The position numbers were made by a program, and so were the translations under genes. A DNA stretch of 56,418 bases, from positions 1 through 56,418 of the forward strand of contig DAOQWI010000002.1 of the NCBI GenBank assembly GCA_035342015.1, written 5' to 3'. Below the pieces are notes generated by a model. The model was given only the letters and a program-made list of their open reading frames with translations. It was not told the DNA's origin and ran no database searches. This document shows, piece after piece, positions 1-8,895 of this stretch. The DNA is from Candidatus Ozemobacteraceae bacterium (GTDB taxonomy: Bacteria; Muiribacteriota; Ozemobacteria; Ozemobacterales; Ozemobacteraceae). Numbering within the stretch: the stretch's first letter is position 1; each line of letters starts with the position of its first letter.

Positions 1-384
1 AATGATCCATGAAGATACAGTGTAACCGGCGTTAATTGCCGCAGTTCGCAATATCGCCGTCATCGCATACAGAGCTTCACGTTTACGGCTGCCTGCAAGC
101 TGCATCGACATCGAAGCATCGACAAGCATATCGAGATGCGGCGACACCTCTTCGCGAAAAAGCTTTACGGTAAGGCGGTCAGAACGGGCCATGGCGTTCC
201 AGTCGATGTGCCTGACATCATCGCCTGGCTGATACTCACGATGATCGACAAATTCAAGCGAATTGCCGGTATTGCGGCCAAAACGTCCACCGCCCTGCAA
301 CCCGGAAAACCGCGAAGAAACGTTGAGATAAAAGCGCTGGCCAGCCAGCTCGGCCGCGTTAACCGTTTCCTTGAGGCTGCTCAT
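1..384 (-). CDS. DUF58 domain protein, N-terminal part only (gene runs off the left edge)
   Basis: Absent from the ORF track because it has no in-window stop. The reverse-strand ATG at 384..382 opens a frame that stays open to base 1 (128 codons): MSSLKETVNAAELAGQRFYLNVSSRFSGLQGGGRFGRNTGNSLEFVDHREYQPGDDVRHIDWNAMARSDRLTVKLFREEVSPHLDMLVDASMSM... The string EF-x3-REY-x-PGDD-x-R-x-IDW...L-x-VK-x-F-x-EE...D-x-S-x-SM is the DUF58 signature. The start overlaps the upstream stop as ATGA (381..384). Confidence 0.85.
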   Translation of the reverse strand, partial: MSSLKETVNAAELAGQRFYLNVSSRFSGLQGGGRFGRNTGNSLEFVDHREYQPGDDVRHIDWNAMARSDRLTVKLFREEVSPHLDMLVDASMSMQLAGSRKREALYAMTAILRTAAINAGYTVSSWII

Positions 385-1829
385 CGTTCAGACTGACCGG
401 CGGTCAGAAATTCTCTAACCTGCCTCTTCAACCAGAGAAAATTGGTCAACAGACCGGCAAACAGAACTCCAATGCCGACCAGCACGCCTTCTGCAAGCTT
501 TGCAGATGCCACAAAAGGGTTACCCATCATAATCAGGTCAGAGTTGCTGCCGACAAAGACCCCGAGCAACATTGGCAACACCGAAAAGCCGACAAATACA
601 AGCAGCATAACGACCCAGTTGTTTCGTGTCTCTACCAGACTGCTGAAAAAAGCGCGCCTGATAAAAACGGCAAAAAGACCGTAGCCCAGGGTAAAGCTCA
701 TGAAGGTCAGCATCGCTATCGAAGCTTCGTTGAGATCACCGCGATAAAGAACTTTTGTCGTGCCAGCAAAAACATTAACCACCAGCACGGTAAAAGCGGT
801 CATCAGCGCGACCCATGCCATGCCACCGGCGGCGCCGGAAGACAAAATGAAAGCCAGGCGGCGCCCGGTCGGCCCCGCAGGCAGGTCGCGGGCTACACGC
901 TCTGAAATACTGTCGCGTTCAGATACCGTGACCATGGTCATAACTACCAGCGCGGCACATACTATTCCTCCCCAGAGTATGATAAATCTGGCACTTGAAA
1001 ATTCAAACGCCCAGTAAATGGCAATGACCAGAGTCAACAGCCAGCCGCCAGTAACAGTAAGACGCACTGGCCGCATTCGATCTGCACCAGTCGGTTGAAT
1101 TACCGCGGCTGCGGCCTTGAAAAGAAAGTATATAAGAAAGAGAGACATAATCAGAATACTGGAATACAGACCCGGACCGCCAACAAAACCGGCAAAACGC
1201 ACGCCGCCATAGCGCATGATCTCAGACCCCATTCCCATAAGACTGAAATACGTGGTGACCTGAAGAAAAATGCCCGCACCTCTGAAAAACTGCTGCGAGT
1301 GGGTATCCTGCGACAAGGCAGCACAACATATCTGCACCATGGCGCCGATAGAGCTGAAAAGAAGGCCGGCCAGAAGTGCGAGAAGAGTCATCGAAAGGTC
1401 AACGCCACTCAAAAAGAAAGTCATGAACATGAACGGCGAAAAGGCGCTGAAAATAAGCAGAATGAATACCATGCCGGCAGCGAATTTGCCCATGATGATT
1501 TTTTCAGGAGTTATTGTAGTTATGAACAACAGTTCATCAGTGCCTTCGGTTTGCTCTTTCGCGAATTTCATGCCATTAAAAACCGGAATCAGCACATAAC
1601 TGGCAAAAAACAGAATGCCGAAAAGAAATTCAAGAGCTTCGGCACCGACATGCCGGCTGGTCATGCCCTTTTCAGCGATCGAAAAACTCAATACCAGACA
1701 CTGAAAAATCAGAAAAAGAATCAGAACTCCCCAGAAGAAACGGCCACGTACCACCTGGCGCAGTTCTTTAACAATTATGGGGTTTAACAGGTCATCGCAA
1801 CGGTCAAACACATGCTGAAAGCTGCTCAT
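381..1829 (-). CDS. Polytopic membrane protein, probable permease partner of the adjacent ABC ATPase (ABC-2-like)
   Basis: 482-aa ORF. Its ATG at 1829 overlaps the ATPase stop (ATGA, 1826..1829), and its own stop overlaps the DUF58 start. The translation is almost entirely hydrophobic helices (FFWGVLILFLIFQCLVLSF, LLALLAGLLFSSIGAMVQI, WVVMLLVFVGFSVLPMLLGVF). It has no soluble domain. The permease role is inferred from translational coupling to the ATPase. Confidence 0.65.
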   Translation of the reverse strand: MSSFQHVFDRCDDLLNPIIVKELRQVVRGRFFWGVLILFLIFQCLVLSFSIAEKGMTSRHVGAEALEFLFGILFFASYVLIPVFNGMKFAKEQTEGTDELLFITTITPEKIIMGKFAAGMVFILLIFSAFSPFMFMTFFLSGVDLSMTLLALLAGLLFSSIGAMVQICCAALSQDTHSQQFFRGAGIFLQVTTYFSLMGMGSEIMRYGGVRFAGFVGGPGLYSSILIMSLFLIYFLFKAAAAVIQPTGADRMRPVRLTVTGGWLLTLVIAIYWAFEFSSARFIILWGGIVCAALVVMTMVTVSERDSISERVARDLPAGPTGRRLAFILSSGAAGGMAWVALMTAFTVLVVNVFAGTTKVLYRGDLNEASIAMLTFMSFTLGYGLFAVFIRRAFFSSLVETRNNWVVMLLVFVGFSVLPMLLGVFVGSNSDLIMMGNPFVASAKLAEGVLVGIGVLFAGLLTNFLWLKRQVREFLTAGQSER

Positions 1830-2755
1830 TGCACTTCACCCCTGGTAATGGTCATGAATACCGATTCAAGATTCTGCTGTCTGAACTTGAACTCGACAAG
1901 ACGATGCCCGGCTGCCAGAGCTCTCGCCACGATTTCAGCCGCATCCTCGTCACTGCCGGCAAAGTCACACTCAAATGTTTTACCGTTGGCAACAAGATTT
2001 TCGACGCCCGGCTCGAGAACAAGAAAGCGACTCAGGCCTTCCGGGTCATTAAGAGGTCTGATAATCAGCTTTCTGGTCGGCTGATCGTGGTTGGTCACCT
2101 CTTCGATAGTGCCGAATTTAAGCATCCGGCCCTGCTCGATAATCAGTGTCGAAGTACAGATCTCAGACAACTCGCTGAGAATGTGCGAACTGATGAGAAT
2201 TCCCTTGCCCTGGCGCGACAATACACGCAGCAGCTCGCGCAATTCAATGCGGGCCCGCGGGTCGAGACCGGCCGCCGGCTCGTCCATCAGCAGAAACTTC
2301 GGGTCATTTATCAACGCCCGCGCAATCGAAACCCGCTGTTTCATACCCTTCGAAAGGGCCACTATAAGCTTTTCCCTGATGCCTGTCAGGTTGGTAAATT
2401 CTTCAAGGTCCTCGATGAGAGAACGCCGCCTTTCAGCTTTGATACCGTAAGCGCGCGCAAAAAAATCGAGATATTCATGCACGCTCATGTCGCTGTGCAG
2501 TGGGAGAGAGTCAGGAACAAAGCCGACAAGTTCGCGGGCACGCTCGGGGTGCGTTATTATTGACTGCCCGTCTATTTCGACCTGCCCGGAAGAAGCATCT
2601 TCGATTGTCGCCAGAATGCGCATCGTCGTGGTCTTGCCAGCACCGTTCGGGCCGACAAACCCGGTGATATCACCGCCTGAAAGGCTGAAGCTCAGCCCTC
2701 TGACCGCCTGGGTTTCACCAAAATTCTTACAGAGATTCTCAACTGAAAGCATCAT
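1826..2755 (-). CDS. ABC transporter ATP-binding protein
   Basis: 309 aa. Walker A is GPNGAGKTT, the ABC signature is LSKGMKQRVSIARAL, Walker B is LLMDEPAAGLD, and the H-loop is ISSHIL. The ATG at 2755 overlaps the upstream stop (ATGA, 2752..2755). Confidence 0.93.
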   Translation of the reverse strand: MMLSVENLCKNFGETQAVRGLSFSLSGGDITGFVGPNGAGKTTTMRILATIEDASSGQVEIDGQSIITHPERARELVGFVPDSLPLHSDMSVHEYLDFFARAYGIKAERRRSLIEDLEEFTNLTGIREKLIVALSKGMKQRVSIARALINDPKFLLMDEPAAGLDPRARIELRELLRVLSRQGKGILISSHILSELSEICTSTLIIEQGRMLKFGTIEEVTNHDQPTRKLIIRPLNDPEGLSRFLVLEPGVENLVANGKTFECDFAGSDEDAAEIVARALAAGHRLVEFKFRQQNLESVFMTITRGEVQ

Positions 2756-4545
2756 AATGACGGTTCCTCCTTGAGAATACCTATCAGGCAGGCACTTTCT
2801 GTCATTTCAGCCTCTTCATCAATTGCCTGGCGCAGAAATGGTGAACGGGCAAGTCTGGCAACGTAGGTGCCCGGCCTGAGATACTCATAGGGGCTGACTT
2901 TGATGTGGTCTATAACATTGAACCAGCCACGTTTGGCAGCCTCCGGCAAAGAACTGCGACCGGCTGTGATACCTCTGACCTCTTCCATTGCAGAGGCGGC
3001 ACCGGCACGCACCTGCGTGCTGCGAAAAACCCGGCCACCACTGGTCATGAGAACCACCTCTTCAATATCGGCGCCCAGACCGTTCATCATCTCAAGGCCA
3101 CCATTCCGGGCCGTGAGAGCAAGACGCTCACGCCGGGTCTGAATTGAGCGGAGATGCATATATCTGGGTATCTTTGGTTTGATCCAGCCTTCGCGCAGGT
3201 GCTGGTCTTCATCGAGCACAATATATTTGCCGGAGTCATTCGAACGGTAATCGTTGCGGTTTACCGGAAAAACCTCAGTCTGCATGTCGAAACGAAAGCC
3301 TTCTGCCCGGCGGCGGGCTGAATAAATCGAGTAGTTAGCCAGAGTTACGGCACGGTTATCGCGCTCATCGAGCAGAATCAGCGCATTTCTTTTGCCCAGC
3401 AGAGTAGAACTCTCAAAAAGTACGTAATAGCCATAAATAAAGACACAGCAGATAAACGAAGCGACCGGAACGGTTATAAAAACGAGAATCCGTCGCCCGA
3501 GACGGTGCAATACAAAAACGTTCACCGGCCCGATCAGAAAGGCAAAAAGGTAGATGATCAGCATCAACCAGCGCGCCGAAACAGTTTCAATCTCATCTTC
3601 GTCGAACGGCAGAGGTGAATCATCCTGAAAAGAGCGGTCTGAGAAGATGTCAGAGACTTCAAGTCCACGAAGGCTGACCGACCTGCCCCTGACCGGTTTT
3701 GGAATTGTCTGACCGTCCGGCATTGAAATTTCAGAAGCTGACGCCGCAACGGCAAACTGCATAAAATTTTCGTGAAAAACCATCACTCTGCCGAAACCTG
3801 CCTCGTAGACCGTCAGAATTGGGGCCTCAGCGTTTTCGGCCCTGACAAAATCCGGTGGTAAAACAGGTTCGCCAAGAACCATTAGCGCCCCGCCGGCCCG
3901 CACATAATCGAAAATAGCGGCTCTTACCGGTTCGGGCATTTCCTTTAGACTTTCGGCAAAATAAATGATGAGATTGAACTGGGTATAGGCCAGCCAGCTA
4001 CTGTAAAGCTGTGTCAGACTGCCGTCAAACTGACTCAATTCGAGATTGAGACCTGCTGCCATCCCCGAAGGCCCGAAAACGGTTTCAAAATCGTTGCGGG
4101 GAATCTTTGCATCGACCAGCGCCTGTTTTTTTGCATAATAGTTTTTGTAGCTGCGCAGATACTTCAGCAGCTTCTCTTCCAGTTCGCGCCCATCAACCTC
4201 TATCACCATCCCGACACTTGAAAAATCGCCAAGCGGGAACAGCAGAGCTTCTTCGCGGCTTTCAGAGGCAGGAATTACCAGGGTCTTGGAAATCTGCTCG
4301 AGATCGCGTGAATAATCCGCGTTCAAAGACAGCTTGATCTGGCGCTCACGACCGGAGCGATTGCTGATCTGGAGCCTGAAAAATTTGTAACCAAAATAGG
4401 TACGGGCTTCGAAATCAGGCAACATGGTGAATCTGAGCCCATCGTAGTCAATTTTCTGGTTTGCGGCTGCCTGCGGCGGCAATGCCAGCAGAATAACCGT
4501 CAGCAGGCAGAAAACAATGGGGAGCAACCTTCTCTGCAGCATCAT
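2752..4545 (-). CDS. Signal-peptide/2-TM envelope protein of unknown function (possible GldG/DUF4350-like auxiliary component)
   Basis: 597 aa. N-terminal signal sequence is MMLQRRLLPIVFCLLTVILLALPPQAAA. A central pair of TM helices is present (WLMLIIYLFAFLIGPVNVFVL, ILVFITVPVASFICCVFIYGYYVLF). The segment LIIYFAESLKEMPEPVRAAIFDYVRAGGALMVLGEP resembles the flavodoxin-like modules of GldG/DUF4350-type proteins, but I see no diagnostic motif. The gene is translationally coupled on both sides (ATGA at 4542..4545 and 2752..2755). Confidence 0.5.
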   Translation of the reverse strand: MMLQRRLLPIVFCLLTVILLALPPQAAANQKIDYDGLRFTMLPDFEARTYFGYKFFRLQISNRSGRERQIKLSLNADYSRDLEQISKTLVIPASESREEALLFPLGDFSSVGMVIEVDGRELEEKLLKYLRSYKNYYAKKQALVDAKIPRNDFETVFGPSGMAAGLNLELSQFDGSLTQLYSSWLAYTQFNLIIYFAESLKEMPEPVRAAIFDYVRAGGALMVLGEPVLPPDFVRAENAEAPILTVYEAGFGRVMVFHENFMQFAVAASASEISMPDGQTIPKPVRGRSVSLRGLEVSDIFSDRSFQDDSPLPFDEDEIETVSARWLMLIIYLFAFLIGPVNVFVLHRLGRRILVFITVPVASFICCVFIYGYYVLFESSTLLGKRNALILLDERDNRAVTLANYSIYSARRRAEGFRFDMQTEVFPVNRNDYRSNDSGKYIVLDEDQHLREGWIKPKIPRYMHLRSIQTRRERLALTARNGGLEMMNGLGADIEEVVLMTSGGRVFRSTQVRAGAASAMEEVRGITAGRSSLPEAAKRGWFNVIDHIKVSPYEYLRPGTYVARLARSPFLRQAIDEEAEMTESACLIGILKEEPSL

Positions 4546-5588
4546 TTTTTCTCCGCAGCCATATTGACGCCGGCAGAAAAATCAAGGTCGGTTTCTTTAA
4601 GCGAATTCAACAACCCTGAAAGGATCATGGCACTAGTCTGCCCTTCGAATCTGGCTTTGTAATTAAGCAGAACCCTGTGATTAAGAGCGGGAACGAAAAC
4701 CTCTCTGACGTCTTCGAATCCGACTGAGGGCCTGCCGGCAAGCAGTGCCACCCCGCGGGCCGATTCGGCAACAGCAATCGCGGCGCGCGGCGAAGCCCCA
4801 TACTGCACGAATTCTTTAACATGAGCCGAGGCTGTAACTGACGACGGGTCGGTGGCGTGCACCAGCCGGGCAATGTAATCGGCAACCGGCCCTGGCAGAT
4901 ATATTGCATCCATCACCCGAAAAAGTTCGGAAAGCTCGGCGGCAGCGAGCGAAAATTCAGGCGCAGGCGGTTCGCCGTGGCGACGCGAAGAGATTATTTC
5001 GCGCAGGGTCTCTGTTGAAGCAGAAGAAACTTCGAGTTTGAAGAGAAAGCGATCCAGCTGAGCCTCAGGCAATGGATAAGTGCCCTCAAGCTCGATCGGA
5101 TTCTGTGAAGCCAGCACAAAGAAAGGCAACGGCAGCCGGCGGGTAGTGCCGAGCAGTGTAACTGACTTTTCCTGCATCGCTTCGAGAAGCGCCGACTGAG
5201 TCTTTGGTGACGCGCGGTTAATTTCGTCAGCGAGCAGAATGTTGGTAAAAATCGGGCCGGGCTGAAAAACCATTTCGCGCTGGCCGGCGCTGTTCTGTTG
5301 CAGAATATGGGCTCCGAGAATATCACCCGGCATAAGATCTGGAGTAAACTGGACCCGGTTGAACTGAAGACTGAGAAGCTGCCCAAGGCATTTGATCAGA
5401 GCGGTTTTGCCCACTCCGGGCAAGCCTTCAAGCAGAATGTGACCGCGGCTGAGAATACCAACCATCACCAGACGGTGCAGAGCCGGGCGGCCGATCAGAA
5501 TGCGGTCGAGCTCACCAAGCGCTTTCTGAGCCAGTGCTGACGCCTTTGCCAGTTCGGGCTGCGACAGCAGTTTGTTTGCCTCGGTCAT
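4542..5588 (-). CDS. MoxR-family AAA+ ATPase
   Basis: 348 aa. Walker A is GLPGVGKT and Walker B/sensor is ILLADEINRASPKTQSALLEAMQE. The MoxR-typical strings FFVLASQNPIELEGTYPLPEAQLDRF and YGASPRAAI are present. The AGGAGA SD lies 5 nt upstream of the ATG at 5588. Confidence 0.93.
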   Translation of the reverse strand: MTEANKLLSQPELAKASALAQKALGELDRILIGRPALHRLVMVGILSRGHILLEGLPGVGKTALIKCLGQLLSLQFNRVQFTPDLMPGDILGAHILQQNSAGQREMVFQPGPIFTNILLADEINRASPKTQSALLEAMQEKSVTLLGTTRRLPLPFFVLASQNPIELEGTYPLPEAQLDRFLFKLEVSSASTETLREIISSRRHGEPPAPEFSLAAAELSELFRVMDAIYLPGPVADYIARLVHATDPSSVTASAHVKEFVQYGASPRAAIAVAESARGVALLAGRPSVGFEDVREVFVPALNHRVLLNYKARFEGQTSAMILSGLLNSLKETDLDFSAGVNMAAEKK

Positions 5589-5603
5589 AGTTTATCTCCT
5601 GAG

Positions 5604-7175
5604 TTATTGCTGTTCATGATCAAAATACTTTTTTACCGCACTGCGATGTTTTGGCAGAATTATACCAGATTCGGCGCCACCCTCAGAGGTTTTCTGCCAG
5701 GCAACTCCGGCCTGAGGCATCTGATTATCTGCCCCTGCCGACGTCTGAGGGGCAGAAAAGCTCATACCAATCGCCACTGACTTTTCGAGAGCCTGCTCAT
5801 TCGGGGCAGGCAAAACCTCATTTTTAAACTCAACATTATGTTCTGAGCTTTTGCGGTCAAACTTGAGCGGCGCGTGGCCGCCGCCACGGCCTGCCTGCCC
5901 CGAAGCACCGCTGCCGCTTTCGCTGCCTGAACCCGTCTGACCGCCAGTCTGTGCACCACCGACACCGTCACCCTGGCCCTGACTTTCGCCCTGCTGCCCG
6001 TTGCCGTTTTCACCGCTGCCAGAGCCCTCACACATAACCAGCTCGCTCTGTGAGCCTGGTTGTAGATCCGCCTCGGTTGCCGGCCTTATTTTTCCAGCCT
6101 TTTTAAGAGCCTCGAAAGTTTTTCGGTCAATCAAACGGGCACTGGCAAGCCTCTGAGCTTTCGCCTCAGCTGCTGCCGCCGCCTTCGCCTGCTGCTCTTC
6201 AATGTATTCCTTAAGAGCCTCGGCAGCCTCTTTGGCAGCTTCTGCCGAATCAGGTCCACCTGCTGCGGCCTTTTCAAGAGCTCTCTGCAGCTTCTCAGAA
6301 CCAGAACCAATTCCGGCACCGCCTGCCGCTTCTTCAAGACCATTGCTGGCAGCTCTGGCAAGCTCTGAAACCTGACTGTCATTTTTGCCGGCGGCTTTGC
6401 TCATTTTTTCAGCCAGTTCAGCAAGATCATCCAGACTTTTCCGCTCTGAAAGATTTTTTACAACGCTGGCACCGGCCTGTTTTTTCAGTTTTTCCTGAAG
6501 CTGGTCGAGAGCCTCAAAAGTCGCAGCCGGATCATGACGCTGCGAATCAAGGCCGATACGTTCCAGGGTTTCGTTGAGCTGTCGGGCTTCTTCAGGCGAA
6601 ATGACACGCTCTTCGGCAAGTATCTCTATCTGCCCTGCGGCAACACGTTCGAGCTCCTGCAGCTCGATGCGCGGGTCATTGCGCGCATCACGCCCGATTA
6701 CCGGAATGGTCAGCGACAGCAGCAGAAAAAGCAGCGAAATACCGGCAGATATATATCTGTTACCCGCAACCGGCTTCAGCAGAGGAACTTCGACCTGTTC
6801 TGGCAGACGATCCCGCCAGCCCGTATCACCAGTTTCCTCGGTCGCCATAAGCAAACCGCCAGAACCGTTGTGAGCATCGACAGCAGCCAGCCAACCGCGT
6901 TGTTCAGACGTCTGTCGGCGTGCCGCAGCAAAAGCCAGACCGGTCGAAATTGCCAGACCGCAGAGAAAAGCTGCAGCAAAAGCATCGCCCGGGTGCCCGA
7001 CCTGCCTGAGAATCAAAAAGCAGACGCCGGCAACAAAATTCAAAATGGTAAAATATCGCAGAAAGCACAAAAACAGGGTTATCCTGAAATACTGACTTTT
7101 CAAAGCAGCTGCAGCCAGCTCAGGTGAAGCAAAACATTCTTTCCTGGGTTTCGGTTCCATTACATCTCCAGACAT
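5604..7175 (-). CDS. Membrane-anchored coiled-coil / low-complexity protein, first gene of the MoxR cluster
   Basis: 523 aa. It has three hydrophobic helices in the first ~170 aa and a long E/A/K/L-rich helical region. A G/S/Q-rich tract follows (GSGSGENGNGQQGESQGQGDGVGGAQTGGQTGSGSESGSGASGQAGRGGG). The C-terminal tail is ILPKHRSAVKKYFDHEQQ. An alternative start is M6 at 7160, which has GGAGA 4 nt upstream. Confidence 0.6.
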   Translation of the reverse strand: MSGDVMEPKPRKECFASPELAAAALKSQYFRITLFLCFLRYFTILNFVAGVCFLILRQVGHPGDAFAAAFLCGLAISTGLAFAAARRQTSEQRGWLAAVDAHNGSGGLLMATEETGDTGWRDRLPEQVEVPLLKPVAGNRYISAGISLLFLLLSLTIPVIGRDARNDPRIELQELERVAAGQIEILAEERVISPEEARQLNETLERIGLDSQRHDPAATFEALDQLQEKLKKQAGASVVKNLSERKSLDDLAELAEKMSKAAGKNDSQVSELARAASNGLEEAAGGAGIGSGSEKLQRALEKAAAGGPDSAEAAKEAAEALKEYIEEQQAKAAAAAEAKAQRLASARLIDRKTFEALKKAGKIRPATEADLQPGSQSELVMCEGSGSGENGNGQQGESQGQGDGVGGAQTGGQTGSGSESGSGASGQAGRGGGHAPLKFDRKSSEHNVEFKNEVLPAPNEQALEKSVAIGMSFSAPQTSAGADNQMPQAGVAWQKTSEGGAESGIILPKHRSAVKKYFDHEQQ

Positions 7176-7198
7176 TTATCACCAATCCCGCACTTTGC

Positions 7199-7207
7199 AT
7201 TTTAGCA
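7199..7207 (-). promoter_or_regulatory. Extended -10 element upstream of the MoxR-cluster first gene
   Basis: The minus strand reads TGCTAAAAT, 24 nt upstream of ATG 7175. No good -35. Confidence 0.4.
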
Positions 7208-7245
7208 GACAAAGGATAAATCTGGTTCTATTTTTATCAAGGTTC

Positions 7246-7254
7246 TGGTAGATT
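7246..7254 (+). promoter_or_regulatory. Extended -10-like element placing a transcription start at or next to ATG 7261 (leaderless candidate)
   Basis: TGGTAGATT ends 6 nt before ATG 7261. That ORF has no Shine-Dalgarno. Confidence 0.35.
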
Positions 7255-7260
7255 ATTCTT

Positions 7261-7740
7261 ATGCAAACCAGACAAGTTGAAGTGGTTCTTCCGGAAGATA
7301 CTTTTCTCAGGCTTGAAGCAGCAGCAAAAGCTGCCGGTCAACCCGTCCAGGAAACAGCGGCGGCGGTTCTTTGCCGGGCTTTTCCGTCAGTTCCGAAAGC
7401 CGCCGAACAACCGGCATTACCAGGTGTAGCACTGATCAGAGACGGTTTCGCCCCATTGCCTCAGGCCTGCCAACCCGGGAACCTGAATTCATCATCTGCA
7501 CCCGCGACCAGTATAAACAGCCTCACCAGACCCGAAGGACCATCAACTGCAGGCATGTTCACACCAGGCAGGCCCACCATAGCCGTGCCGCCTTCACCAG
7601 AAAAAATGCAACGGCGACTCGAGATTGAAACAAACATGAAAGAACTTTCGCTGCTGATAGAAACAGCCGAAGAAGCAAAAAAAGAAGAATATCTGCTGCA
7701 GTATGCAATGCTCGCAGCGGAACTTGAATCATTAGCATAA
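7261..7740 (+). CDS. Hypothetical protein (possible ribbon-helix-helix-like N-terminus, Pro/Ser-rich middle, helical C-terminus)
   Basis: 159-aa ORF starting at ATG 7261 with no Shine-Dalgarno. An extended -10-like TGGTAGATT ends 6 nt upstream, so the transcript may be leaderless. The N-terminus VVLPEDTFLRLEAAAKAAGQPVQETAAAVL has a strand-helix-helix pattern. No family is recognised. Confidence 0.45.
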   Translation: MQTRQVEVVLPEDTFLRLEAAAKAAGQPVQETAAAVLCRAFPSVPKAAEQPALPGVALIRDGFAPLPQACQPGNLNSSSAPATSINSLTRPEGPSTAGMFTPGRPTIAVPPSPEKMQRRLEIETNMKELSLLIETAEEAKKEEYLLQYAMLAAELESLA

Positions 7741-7760
7741 AACTGCCCGGAGAAAAAATA

Positions 7761-8297
7761 ATGCCCAGAAAAAACAGATATAAACAGCTTTGCGAAGCCT
7801 ATGACCGTGGGGTTGCCGAATGTAGCCAGTATCAGAAAGAATGCCGCGAATTTGTTCAGGAAATCCGCTCTGCCATTCTCGAATACCTCAATTGCCCCGA
7901 ACCAAAGCTGTTCATGTTTACGCCCAGTTCTGGGTTTGTTTACAACAGCCAGTCACTCCAGGGTGACGCCCTGGACACCGAATTCGGAGAAAACGGCACC
8001 GCCGCAATCGGCTTTGCAATCAATGTTAATGATGATGATCTGCAGGAAAAATTTTTCACCTTTCTCCTGATTTTCCGCAAGACCGGTTCAAAAATTATTT
8101 TTAACATCGATGACGACCGAGAATTCGTCAACAGCAACGAGGGCATCAACGAATTCTGTGATTATCTGTTCGAAATCGCCCAGAAAAATCTACTCGGGCG
8201 CCTCGACAACTTCCTGCAGTCGCCTGAAAAAATGAATGCCCCGATCGGCTTCAGACCTGAGGCCGAAAGTCAGAAAAAAGTCAGTAAAAAACCCTGA
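7761..8297 (+). CDS. Hypothetical protein
   Basis: 178-aa ORF with a GGAGA SD 7 nt upstream of ATG 7761. No signal peptide and no recognisable motif. Its 3' end overlaps the convergent gene by 17 nt (8281..8297). Confidence 0.55.
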   Translation: MPRKNRYKQLCEAYDRGVAECSQYQKECREFVQEIRSAILEYLNCPEPKLFMFTPSSGFVYNSQSLQGDALDTEFGENGTAAIGFAINVNDDDLQEKFFTFLLIFRKTGSKIIFNIDDDREFVNSNEGINEFCDYLFEIAQKNLLGRLDNFLQSPEKMNAPIGFRPEAESQKKVSKKP

Positions 8298-8895
8298 AAG
8301 GTTCAGGCGCGCCGGGGCGGGGTGGAGTCAGAGAACGCTGAAAGGTTCTGGAATATGGCTTGTCACCCGCCACCGGAGCCTGAACCGGCATTGCCCGGTC
8401 TGCGGGAATGACTACCTCACGTTTCTTTTTTTCGACTGTCTGAACTGTTTTTTTCTGGCCCGATTTTTCGAGCTCAAGTATTTCATCAAGAGTTCTCGGC
8501 GGGTTGCCCTCATCAAGGTTCTGCCAACCCGCTTCTGCCAGCCATTCAACCGCGGGGTTCACCTGATAGAAACCTTCGTCAATTTTATCACCCCAGTAAT
8601 AACCTTTTGCCAGCTGAACATCGCCCATCACTTCGGCAATTACCCCCAACCGGTAGAAAGCCCAGGTGGTGCGTTCAGGCAGCGGCGTTTCCGCCTTGTT
8701 TTCATGCTGATAAATTACCGAATACAGCTCTTTGGCTTTTTTAACCTTGTTACCGCTGAGTGCAGCCTCGGCCTGAGCTCTGAATGTTGCATAATTATAG
8801 CTTGACCGGCAACCGGTCAAAACTGTAAACAGCAGCGCCACAGCCAGCAACCCGAAATGCACGCGGACTCCAGAACCATTTTTCCGGTCACTCAC
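8281..8895 (-). CDS. Putative lipoprotein, last gene of the pseudopilin operon
   Basis: 204 aa. The GTG start at 8895 overlaps the upstream stop (GTGA, 8892..8895). A signal peptide with a lipobox-like LTGC is present (FGLLAVALLFTVLTGCRSS). No family is recognised. Confidence 0.6.
   Translation of the reverse strand: MSDRKNGSGVRVHFGLLAVALLFTVLTGCRSSYNYATFRAQAEAALSGNKVKKAKELYSVIYQHENKAETPLPERTTWAFYRLGVIAEVMGDVQLAKGYYWGDKIDEGFYQVNPAVEWLAEAGWQNLDEGNPPRTLDEILELEKSGQKKTVQTVEKKKREVVIPADRAMPVQAPVAGDKPYSRTFQRSLTPPRPGAPEPFRVFY

Noticed and set aside
1095-2563. Long plus-strand ORFs (1095..1787, 1270..1599, 1829..2563) opposite the permease and ABC ATPase genes.
   Set aside because: They are antisense shadows of genes with unmistakable motifs on the minus strand. 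Their translations are low-complexity (K/R/Q/H-rich) with no motifs, no SD and no intergenic space.
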